This document shows positions 1 to 8,663 of a stretch of 64,000 nucleotides of DNA, one piece after another. A program made the position numbers and the translations under genes. Every line of letters starts with the position of its first letter. Positions within the stretch are counted from its first letter, which is position 1. This DNA comes from Candidatus Latescibacterota bacterium (GTDB lineage: Bacteria; Latescibacterota; UBA2968; UBA8231), in the NCBI GenBank assembly GCA_965197905.1, contig CBDAOB010000003.1:1088001-1152000 (forward strand), read 5' to 3'. The notes under the pieces are model-generated. The model saw only the letters and a list, made by a program, of their open reading frames with translations. It did no database searches and was not told the DNA's origin.

Positions 1-74
1 GCTAATGGGTCCAATCCGGGTGCTTCGAGCAACTCTATCGGGATGACTTTTCGGCCTACCTTCGACCTGCATCG

Positions 75-1316
75 ATGACCTTCATTCTCGAATTTATTGA
101 ATCAGCTGGAGTCGACGGCGTTGGCTCTGAGTACCTGGCAATCGGCGCCGGGCTCGCAGCCATCGCTGTTGCTAGTTTCCTCGCTTTCTACATCGTGCGC
201 CGACCGCTTCTCGCCGTAGTTCATCGCTTCATCAGAGGGACTGAATCCACCTGGGACGACCCCCTTGTTGAACACAGGGTCCTGGAGCAGCTGTCACACG
301 TAGCTCCCGCCCTGCTCCTATTCCTTCTTATTCCGCTCGTCCTGGAAGAGTACCAACGGCTGCTGCGAATCGCGCATCAGGTCCTGGTGATCTACGTCGT
401 GATTGTCGCCGCCCGGGTAACGGATCTCTTCCTCAGCGTCGTTTCCGATGTCTGGAGCCGCTCCGAGGGGGCGCGGGACATCTCCATCAAGAGCTTCGTT
501 CAGTTCTTCAAGATCATCATCTACGCAGCTGCCGGCGTACTAATCCTCTCCGGTCTCCTGGGCCGTTCGCCGCTGGTTCTGCTGAGCGGTCTAACGGCTT
601 TGACCGCCGTGGTCCTGTTGGTTTTTCGCGATACGATCTTGGGCCTGGTTGCCGGAATCCAGCTTTCCGCCAACCGCATGGTAGCCGTCGGTGATTGGAT
701 CGAGATGTCGAAATACGGCGCCGACGGCGATGTCCTCGAGGTGGCGCTGACCACCGTAAAGGTGCAAAACTGGGACAAGACCATCACCACGATTCCGACC
801 TACGCGCTCATCAGCGAGTCCTTCAAGAACTGGCGCGGGATGCAGGAATCCGGCGGCAGGCGCATCAAGCGGTCGATCAATATCGATATCCAGACTGTTC
901 GACATTGCGACGAGGAGATGCTGCGGCGCTACAGTCGCATCCAGCATATCTCTGAATACATCGGACACAAAAAGACGGAGCTGGCGGCCTACAACCAGGA
1001 GCACAGCGTCGACCTGGAGTCCCTTGCGAACGGCCGCAGAATGACCAACGTCGGGACCTTTCGTGCCTACGTGATTGCCTATCTGAAGAATCATCCAAAG
1101 ATCAACCAGGAGATGACCTTTCTCGTGCGGCAATTGGCACCCACCGAGCACGGTCTGCCGCTGGAGATCTATGTCTTCTGCAACGATGTGGCGTGGGTCA
1201 ACTACGAGGCCGTCCAGTCGGATATCTTCGACCACCTGCTGGCCATCACAGCCGAGTTCGACCTGTCGGTTTTCCAGGCGCCCAGCGGTGAGGATATCCG
1301 CCGCCTGCGCAGCTGA
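75..1316 (+). CDS. Mechanosensitive ion channel, MscS family (YbdG/miniconductance-like)
   Basis: N-terminal TM helices; GDWIEM..YGADGDV..VALTTVKVQNWDKTITTIPTY and GRRMTNVGTFRAY motifs typical of YbdG-like MscS. Confidence 0.93.
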   Translation: MTFILEFIESAGVDGVGSEYLAIGAGLAAIAVASFLAFYIVRRPLLAVVHRFIRGTESTWDDPLVEHRVLEQLSHVAPALLLFLLIPLVLEEYQRLLRIAHQVLVIYVVIVAARVTDLFLSVVSDVWSRSEGARDISIKSFVQFFKIIIYAAAGVLILSGLLGRSPLVLLSGLTALTAVVLLVFRDTILGLVAGIQLSANRMVAVGDWIEMSKYGADGDVLEVALTTVKVQNWDKTITTIPTYALISESFKNWRGMQESGGRRIKRSINIDIQTVRHCDEEMLRRYSRIQHISEYIGHKKTELAAYNQEHSVDLESLANGRRMTNVGTFRAYVIAYLKNHPKINQEMTFLVRQLAPTEHGLPLEIYVFCNDVAWVNYEAVQSDIFDHLLAITAEFDLSVFQAPSGEDIRRLRS

Positions 1317-1318
1317 CC

Positions 1319-2047
1319 GTGGCGTGCGACGCCGGCGCGGTTATATCCATCGCCCGCGCTTTGGGAACGGCGGTGCACAAGCTTCGTTTTGCTGCGCCTG
1401 TCACCCATGTTTACAATCCCCTGGATTACGCCTTCGAAGCGCACAGCACCTACCTCAAGCAACATTTCAACGGAGCAGCCGATACCATCCTGCTCGGCAT
1501 GAACCCGGGTCCGTGGGGCATGGTGCAGACCGGCGTTCCCTTCGGCGAAGTGACGCTGGTGCGCGACTGGCTGGGGATTCGTGCGGGGATCACCAAACCC
1601 GGGGAGCAACACTCGAAGCGCCCGATCGACGGGTTCGAATGCGGACGCAGTGAGGTAAGCGGCCAGCGACTGTGGGGATGGGCGCGAAACCGATTCAAGA
1701 CCCCGGAGAGTTTCTTCCGGCGCTTTTTCGTCTGGAACTACTGTCCGCTGGCATTCATGGAGGAGTCCGGTCGCAATCGCACTCCCGACAAGCTGCCCGC
1801 GTCAGAGCGGGTGCCGCTTTACGAGATCTGTGATCAGGCATTGAAACAGATGGTTGAGATTCTTGAACCTGAACGAGTCCTGGGGGTCGGCAAGTTCGGT
1901 GAGCAGCGGGCGCGTGGGGCGCTGGCGCAGGCAGTGAGCATTGGCAGTATTCTACACCCCAGCCCCGCCAGTCCGGCGGCTAATCGCGGCTGGTCAGAGC
2001 AGGTGGAGAAGCAGTTAGAAGAGTACGGAATCGAACTACCTAATTAG
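1319..2047 (+). CDS. smug1: Single-strand-selective monofunctional uracil-DNA glycosylase (SMUG1, UDG family 3)
   Basis: GMNPGPWGMVQTGVPFG, RSEVSG, NYCPLAF, HPSP motifs; GTG start 2 nt after the mscS stop. Confidence 0.92.
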   Translation: MACDAGAVISIARALGTAVHKLRFAAPVTHVYNPLDYAFEAHSTYLKQHFNGAADTILLGMNPGPWGMVQTGVPFGEVTLVRDWLGIRAGITKPGEQHSKRPIDGFECGRSEVSGQRLWGWARNRFKTPESFFRRFFVWNYCPLAFMEESGRNRTPDKLPASERVPLYEICDQALKQMVEILEPERVLGVGKFGEQRARGALAQAVSIGSILHPSPASPAANRGWSEQVEKQLEEYGIELPN

Positions 2048-2079
2048 GGGCAACCACACAGACAACGGAAAGGCCTGGA

Positions 2080-3585
2080 ATGAAACATCTGTTCATCGAT
2101 GATCACGAGCTGGAAGAGATCGACAACTTGGCGCGTAAGCTGCATCAGCCGCACAAATTTCGCGGAAACGCCGTGGTGCGTCCCGAAAACCGCTGGGAAA
2201 ACTGTGTGATCGAGATTCGCACCACCCCGGCCTGGGATCCGGAGGAAGGCCTGTTCAAGATGCTCTACCAGTCCGGAGCCGAAGGGCCGGACCCGAACCT
2301 CACGCTTGATGTCACCGGGGCCCCCGCCGGCGAGGAGAGCTTCATGTGCCTGGCTACGTCGGAAGACGGAGTCAACTGGGAGAAGCCTAACCTGGGGCTT
2401 TTCGACTACCACGGAGTGCTGTGGAACGGCAAACCGATCGGCAAGGAGAACAATATCGTCGGCGTGGGCCGCAGCCTCTTCCTGGCGCCTATCTACGACG
2501 GCACCGATCCCGACCCGAGTCGGCGCTACAAAGGCATGGGCTGGTGGGCGGGGGGGAGCGGCGGATTGACACCCGTGGTGTCCAGCGACTGTCTCCACTG
2601 GAGCGCGTTGGAAGATTTCAATGTGCCGAGCTCCGACGAGGCGCATCTGACGCATCTGTCGGACGAGAAACGGTTCGTGGCTATGGTGAAGAACCGCGGA
2701 CCCGGCGGGCGCGCCCCGTACGGAAGAAGCCACTGTTTGAGCATCAGCGAGGACTTCGAGAACTGGAGCGAGCTGGAACTGGTCTTTCACGCCGACCAGG
2801 AAGACCAGGAAAACGGCATGGAGCGCATCGCGCGTTTCATCGAGGATCCCGAGTACCTGAGCCCGGTCTACAATCGGCCCGAGGAGTACAGGACCGATGT
2901 CTACAATTTTCCGGTGTTCAAGTACGAGGGGTTATATCTGGGGCTCCCGGTCATGCACCACTGGACCGGCAAACACGCACCGCTTTACGCGAACGTCGAC
3001 AGCCGTAAATCGGTGGAACTGACCAGCAGCCGCGATCTGCGGAACTGGGAACGGTCGGCGAACAGGGCGCCCTTTCTGGAGTTGTCCAAGGTGGGGGACG
3101 GCAGCGCCTACGATACCGGTCAGGTTGTTGTGACCAACGGACCGGTAGTGCGCAACAACGAGCTCTGGTTCTACTACCTTGCCTGCCGCCATCGCAGTCA
3201 ATCGATCGAAGATACCCTGAACCGCAAGTACCTGGACACCGCGGCGACGTGCATGGCCCGTCTGCGCATGGATGGGTTTGTGTCGTTGAAAGGGGGTGTG
3301 GAGTGGGGCTCGGTGCTCACCAAACCTATCGAGGTCACGGGCGAGCGGCTGCATATCAACGTGGACTCCTGGCGGGGCAAAGTAACGGCTGAGGTTCTGG
3401 ACGCGTCCAGCAGCGAACCTATCGCCGGATACACGAATGACGATGCAGTGCCGGCGGTACTTGATAACATCGATCACGCCATGAGCTGGAAGGATAAAAC
3501 GGATCTTTCGGGGCTACGTGGCTGCAAGGTGCGCCTGCGATTCTCTCTGTGGAACGGCGAGCTCTACTCCTACTGGTTTGAATAA
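2080..3585 (+). CDS. Putative five-bladed beta-propeller glycoside-hydrolase-like protein (GH32/43-like fold) with C-terminal beta-sandwich
   Basis: Asp-box-like SEDGVNW, SEDFENW and SRDLRNW repeats; LRMDGFVSL; homologous to the C-terminal part of 8664-10970. Confidence 0.65.
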   Translation: MKHLFIDDHELEEIDNLARKLHQPHKFRGNAVVRPENRWENCVIEIRTTPAWDPEEGLFKMLYQSGAEGPDPNLTLDVTGAPAGEESFMCLATSEDGVNWEKPNLGLFDYHGVLWNGKPIGKENNIVGVGRSLFLAPIYDGTDPDPSRRYKGMGWWAGGSGGLTPVVSSDCLHWSALEDFNVPSSDEAHLTHLSDEKRFVAMVKNRGPGGRAPYGRSHCLSISEDFENWSELELVFHADQEDQENGMERIARFIEDPEYLSPVYNRPEEYRTDVYNFPVFKYEGLYLGLPVMHHWTGKHAPLYANVDSRKSVELTSSRDLRNWERSANRAPFLELSKVGDGSAYDTGQVVVTNGPVVRNNELWFYYLACRHRSQSIEDTLNRKYLDTAATCMARLRMDGFVSLKGGVEWGSVLTKPIEVTGERLHINVDSWRGKVTAEVLDASSSEPIAGYTNDDAVPAVLDNIDHAMSWKDKTDLSGLRGCKVRLRFSLWNGELYSYWFE

Positions 3586-3672
3586 GAGGACGGGGCGTCC
3601 TATTTTACCAGATTTGGTTTTCTGGCAGGACTTTCTACTTTACGGGTCCTGGAGTGAAAAAAGGAGAACCCT

Positions 3673-5523
3673 ATGAGTTCAGGGAAATTCGATTTATCCA
3701 TATCCATTGGGGGAGCGGCTGGACAAGGGATTGCGACCCCCGGTAACATCCTCGCTAGAATGTTTATCCGGCGTGGTCTCCACTTCAATGCCTATAACGC
3801 CTACCAATCGATTATCCGCGGGGGGCATATCTTTCTGACGGTCCGCGTCAGTGACCACGAGATCGACAGCCACGGAGACAAGATTGACCTCCTGATTGCT
3901 CTTAATCAGGACACCATGAACCGGCATCTGAGCCTGATGAGGCCGGGTACCCGGGTGATTTTCAACGGCGACAATGTGGAAGCCGGCGAGGCCGAAGAGG
4001 GGGTTCATTGTTGCCCGCTGCCCGTTGCTGAGCTGACCGACAACAACCGCAATAAGCTGGTACAGAACACCGTGGCTCTGGGGACGATCATGCATCTGCT
4101 CGGTCTGGAGTTCCAGATCCTCGAGGACATTCTGACGTTGCAGTTTCAACGCAAGGGCCAGGATGTGGTCGATGAGAACGTCGCCGTCGCCCGCGCCGGT
4201 TTTGAGTACGCCAATGCGAACTTCGAACCCTTCTCCCACTCGGTTCCGGTGGGCCCGAAACCGTTGGCTGTCTGGACCGGTAATGAGGCGCTGGCTATGG
4301 GTGGCGCCGCTGCCGGAGTGAAATTCTATTGTGCCTACCCGATGAGTCCATCGACTGGAGTTCTCCACTGGATGGCCAACAACGCCCGCGATCTGGGGAT
4401 CATGGTGCGGCAGGTCGAGGATGAAATCGGCGTGGCGAATATGGCCATTGGGGCAGCCCATACAGGGGTTCGGGCAATGTGTGCAACCTCTGGCGGTGGA
4501 TTCGCATTGATGACCGAAGCGATAGGCAGTGCGGCGATGATGGAGATTCCTGTCGTTTATATCGATGTGCAGCGAGCCGGGCCCTCCACGGGCGTGCCCA
4601 CCAAGACCGAACAGGGAGATCTGTGGCAGGCTCTCGGAGCCAGCCAGGGGGATTTCGAACGTTTTATCGTGGCTCCAAAGAATGCCCTGGACGCCTTTGA
4701 TACCATGGCCGAGCTATTCAATCTGGTCGACAAGTGCCAGTGCCCCGGCATCGTCATTTCGGATCTGCTGATCTCGGAAGGTACCTTCAGCGTTGATCCG
4801 GATGACATCAACATGAATCCAGAAATCGATCGGGGTGATGTGATCACCGAATCACAGAGGGAGATCAACGATTCCCCGAACGGATCCCAGGGTCGCAACG
4901 GCTATGAGAAAGGTCTGATTGGGACACCCAGTAATGGCTACCTGCGATACGAGGATACCGAGAGTGGGATCTCTCCCCGGGCCCTTCCAGGACTGGAGGG
5001 CTATGTGCATGTTGTCGCCACGGATGAGCAGGACGAGGACGGCGTTTTGATCAGTGACGAGTGGACCAATCCTCACAAGCGTCGCAAGATGGTCGAAAAG
5101 CGGGCTCGAAAATTCAAAGGTGTCGCGGCTCAGGTGCCTCCTCCCCAGGTAGAAGGTCCGGAGGATGCTGAGATCACGCTGATAGGGTGGGGATCCACTT
5201 ACGGCGTGATCAAAGAGGCCATCGCGCAGTTGAAGGAGCGGGGTGTCAACGTCAATCATCTTCCGATCAAGTGGATCGTACCTTTGCACGGAGAGGTCGT
5301 GACGGAAGTCGTCGCCAACGCCGGACGGACCATCATCGTCGAGAACAACCATTCAGGGCAGTTCTACCGCTATCTGCGGAGCGAAACCGGACTTGCGGTA
5401 GACGGACATATTCGCAAGTACGATGGAGAGCCGTTCATGCCACACCATATCGCTGACGGAGTTCTGGAACTGATCTCTGGTACGGAAGACGTTTACGTCC
5501 CCTACCAGGAAATCTTGGTCTGA
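3673..5523 (+). CDS. korA: 2-oxoacid:ferredoxin (acceptor) oxidoreductase alpha subunit (gamma-alpha fusion)
   Basis: GGAAGQGI, YQSIIRGG, AYPMSPS, QVEDEIG, ATSGGGFALM, QRAGPSTGVPTKTEQGD; AGGAG RBS. Confidence 0.93.
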   Translation: MSSGKFDLSISIGGAAGQGIATPGNILARMFIRRGLHFNAYNAYQSIIRGGHIFLTVRVSDHEIDSHGDKIDLLIALNQDTMNRHLSLMRPGTRVIFNGDNVEAGEAEEGVHCCPLPVAELTDNNRNKLVQNTVALGTIMHLLGLEFQILEDILTLQFQRKGQDVVDENVAVARAGFEYANANFEPFSHSVPVGPKPLAVWTGNEALAMGGAAAGVKFYCAYPMSPSTGVLHWMANNARDLGIMVRQVEDEIGVANMAIGAAHTGVRAMCATSGGGFALMTEAIGSAAMMEIPVVYIDVQRAGPSTGVPTKTEQGDLWQALGASQGDFERFIVAPKNALDAFDTMAELFNLVDKCQCPGIVISDLLISEGTFSVDPDDINMNPEIDRGDVITESQREINDSPNGSQGRNGYEKGLIGTPSNGYLRYEDTESGISPRALPGLEGYVHVVATDEQDEDGVLISDEWTNPHKRRKMVEKRARKFKGVAAQVPPPQVEGPEDAEITLIGWGSTYGVIKEAIAQLKERGVNVNHLPIKWIVPLHGEVVTEVVANAGRTIIVENNHSGQFYRYLRSETGLAVDGHIRKYDGEPFMPHHIADGVLELISGTEDVYVPYQEILV

Positions 5524-5535
5524 GGAGGTGCCTAT

Positions 5536-6447
5536 ATGACAGTCGAAACTATCGCCGAAGAAGCTGTAGAGGCTGTTCAATTAAAGCCGAAGGACTTCAA
5601 AGGGAAGGTCGATCCAGATTGGTGCGCGGGATGTGGTGACTTTGGCGTTCTGAGTTGCCTTCAAAAGGCTTGCGTGGATCTGGGTCTCAAACCCCACCAG
5701 ATTCTCACCGTTAGCGGTATCGGTTGTTCGTCAAACTTCCCTGGGTTCTTCAACGCCTACGGTATGCATACCCTTCATGGGCGAGCGCTTGCCGTGGCTA
5801 CAGGCGCGCAAATGGCCAATCACGAATTGAAGGTCATCGCGACCGGTGGTGACGGTGATGGCTACGGCATCGGGGGAAACCATTTTACCCATACGTCGCG
5901 TCGAAACGTCGATCTGACCTACCTCGTCATGGACAACCAGATTTACGGTCTGACGACGGGCCAGATTTCGCCCACGAGCACAGTAGATATGAAGACCAAG
6001 AGCACCCCGTTCGGCAGCGTCGAGGCGCCGATCAATCCGATTACAGCGGCGATTATGAACGGAGCAACCTTCGTCGCTCGCGGGTTCAGTGGGGACGCCA
6101 AACATCTGATCCAGCTCATGCAGCAGGCGATCCAGCACCGGGGGTTTGCGCTCATCGACGTCTTCAGCCCCTGTGTCACCTTCAATCACGACAATGACTT
6201 CCCGTTTTTTAAGCAACGTGTCAGGAAGCTCGAAGACGAGGACCATGACCCCAGTGACTGGAAAACTGCTTGCGAGAAGGCAATGATATGGGGCGATACG
6301 ATCTTCACCGGACTCTTTTTTCAAAAGAAGGACACCCTTGCCCTCGACCAGCTCGAGCCTGTCCTCGACGAGGAGGGTCCCCTTTCCCGTCGACCGTTGG
6401 ATTTGAGTAAGGAGCAGACTCAGAAGATCATCAAGAGGATGATGTAG
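5536..6447 (+). CDS. korB: 2-oxoacid:ferredoxin oxidoreductase beta subunit (TPP-binding)
   Basis: WCAGCGDFG, SGIGCSS, GGDGDG..IGGNH, DNQIYGLTTGQ, SPCVTFN; GAGGAGG RBS. Confidence 0.94.
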   Translation: MTVETIAEEAVEAVQLKPKDFKGKVDPDWCAGCGDFGVLSCLQKACVDLGLKPHQILTVSGIGCSSNFPGFFNAYGMHTLHGRALAVATGAQMANHELKVIATGGDGDGYGIGGNHFTHTSRRNVDLTYLVMDNQIYGLTTGQISPTSTVDMKTKSTPFGSVEAPINPITAAIMNGATFVARGFSGDAKHLIQLMQQAIQHRGFALIDVFSPCVTFNHDNDFPFFKQRVRKLEDEDHDPSDWKTACEKAMIWGDTIFTGLFFQKKDTLALDQLEPVLDEEGPLSRRPLDLSKEQTQKIIKRMM

Positions 6448-6474
6448 CCAGCGCACTGTTATTGAACGTACGAA

Positions 6475-7461
6475 TCAGCGCTCAACGGTCGTAGACCGGG
6501 TCCGCACCGATCCAGCGGCCTGGATCGACCCCGCCGGCACGTAAGCCCTCTGCTCTGCCGTAAGAGACAATGCGGCGCCTTCGAGGCTATCCTGGAGTTG
6601 CTCAAGGCTCCGCGCCCCGAGTATCGGCGCCGTGACCCGTGGCTCCGCCATGACCCAAGCCAGGGCCAACTGCGCCGGAGTGACATTCAACTCGTCTGCC
6701 GCAGTTAGAAAGCGCTCCACCACGTCGTAGGAATGTTCGTCGAGGTAGCGCTTCCTATACCCCTCATTTGAATGCAGCCGGTACGCGGCTGGAATCTCAG
6801 CTCCCCGCTTGTACTTCCCGGTCAAGACCCCGCCGGCCAACGGGTTGTACGGAACAACCCCCAGGCCTTGATCCGCACACAGGGGCAAAATCTCCAGCTC
6901 TATGCCGCGGTTCAAGGCGTTGTAGACCGGTTGGATACTGACGAAGCGGTCCAACAGGCGGGTGTCGGCCAGGCATAGATACTGGGCTAACTGCCAGCCA
7001 CTCAGGTTGGAGCAGGCGATATAACAGACCTTCCCCTGCCGAACCAGGTCATTTAGTGCTTCCAGGGTTTCGGCGGGCGGGACATGGGGATCCCAGCGGT
7101 GGATCTGATACAGGTCGATCCGATCTGTTTGCAGGCGACGTAGGCTGTCCTCGACGGCCGCGACAATATGAATACGCGAGAGCCCGGCGTCGTTCGGTCC
7201 CGATCCCATGGACCCGAACACCTTCGTCGCCAGAACTACCTCTTGCCGATTCCTGCGCGCCCGGATCCACCGTCCCACCACCTCTTCAGAGCCGCCGCGC
7301 GAGTAGGCATCGGCGCTGTCGAGGAAGTTGTATCCCTGCTCGACGAAGTAGTCCATTAGAATGAAGGAGGTCTCTTCGTCGGCCTCCCGACCGAAGGTCA
7401 TGGTGCCAAGGCAGACGGGCGAGACCTTCAGTCCGCATTTCCCCAGCGTTTTGTAGTTCAT
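6475..7461 (-). CDS. Aldo/keto reductase (C-terminus possibly frameshifted)
   Basis: CLGTMTFG, DSADAY, SLRRLQTDRIDLYQIH, YNPLAGGVLTGKY. Confidence 0.92.
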   Translation of the reverse strand: MNYKTLGKCGLKVSPVCLGTMTFGREADEETSFILMDYFVEQGYNFLDSADAYSRGGSEEVVGRWIRARRNRQEVVLATKVFGSMGSGPNDAGLSRIHIVAAVEDSLRRLQTDRIDLYQIHRWDPHVPPAETLEALNDLVRQGKVCYIACSNLSGWQLAQYLCLADTRLLDRFVSIQPVYNALNRGIELEILPLCADQGLGVVPYNPLAGGVLTGKYKRGAEIPAAYRLHSNEGYRKRYLDEHSYDVVERFLTAADELNVTPAQLALAWVMAEPRVTAPILGARSLEQLQDSLEGAALSLTAEQRAYVPAGSIQAAGSVRTRSTTVER

Positions 7462-7591
7462 TCTTCAACTCCGAAAAAGCGAATGAGGCGTGTGCCACCT
7501 CTCAGAGCATGGTGTCGCGTTGCAGAAATACCGAGATTACACCACTCAGGATAGACGGTTGAACGTCGAATACAACCCCAGGGAGTTAGAA

Positions 7592-8581
7592 ATGGAGAGA
7601 AGACCACTAGGCCGTTCTGGTCGCAGCTTGACCCCGATTGGTCTTGGGTGCGTCACCTTCGGTAGAGAAATCGACCAGGAGCAATCGTTTCGCATTCTCG
7701 ATTACGCCATCGAGAAAGAGATCAGCTGGCTGGATACTGCGGAGATCTATGGGGGCGGTCAGTCCCGCGCCGGTCGTCGCGATACTCTAGGAATCGAGGA
7801 TGAGCGCGAGGTTACGGGAGAAATGAGCTCTTCCGAGAAGATTATTGGACGGTGGTTATCCGAGCGCGATTGCCGGGATCAGATCGACATCTGCACCAAA
7901 GTGAGCAGTGGCTCCGATCCGGAGAACATCCGCAATGCGTTCAACAACAGCCTCGACCGCCTACAAACCGATCACGTGGAGATATACAAGCTGCATAACG
8001 CCAAATCGGAAACGCCCATCGCAGAAACCCTGGGTGCCCTGGATGAGCTGGTGAAAGCGGGCAGGGTCGACGTGATCGGCTGCAGTAATTTTTCGACGGA
8101 ACAGCTGCGCGAAGCCCTGGAGGCCAGCGCCCGTCACGGATTCACCCGTTTCGAAATCATTCAACCCGGCTTCAGCCTGGCCAATTCCAAAGCTCGAGAC
8201 GATTTTTTCGAGCTGTGCTCGGCGGAGGAGATCGCCATCACCTCCTACGGTCCTCTGGGATCTGGTTTCCTCACCGGAAAATACACCCCGGATCGGGATA
8301 AATTCCCCAAAGGCAGCCGTTACCACATCGCGCCTGCCCACGCCAACCTCTACTTCACAGATCACAATTTCGAATTGCTTGAGAAACTGCGAGAAAAATC
8401 ATCGGCTGTCGGCCTGCCGATGGAGCTACTGGCGATGGCTTGGGTCATGGCCCACGATGAGGTCACCTCCCCGCTCGTGGGGGCGCGCGAAACCAGTCAC
8501 ATTGATAATGCACTCGCCGCACTCGAGCTGGAGCTGGAGCCGGCGCTCTTCGAGGAGATGACCAGCTGGACCGTGGGGTAG
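7592..8581 (+). CDS. Aldo/keto reductase
   Basis: MERRPLGRSG..IGLGCVTFG, DTAEIY, LDRLQTDHVEIYKLH, GFLTGKY; ATG 7592 follows a GGGAG RBS. Confidence 0.9.
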   Translation: MERRPLGRSGRSLTPIGLGCVTFGREIDQEQSFRILDYAIEKEISWLDTAEIYGGGQSRAGRRDTLGIEDEREVTGEMSSSEKIIGRWLSERDCRDQIDICTKVSSGSDPENIRNAFNNSLDRLQTDHVEIYKLHNAKSETPIAETLGALDELVKAGRVDVIGCSNFSTEQLREALEASARHGFTRFEIIQPGFSLANSKARDDFFELCSAEEIAITSYGPLGSGFLTGKYTPDRDKFPKGSRYHIAPAHANLYFTDHNFELLEKLREKSSAVGLPMELLAMAWVMAHDEVTSPLVGARETSHIDNALAALELELEPALFEEMTSWTVG

Positions 8582-8663
8582 CTCTGCCTTGAACCCACGA
8601 CCGATCTGGAAGGCTGGGAAATCGGTTTGTTACTCATCACTTCCTCCGTTTCGTCGACTGGCA

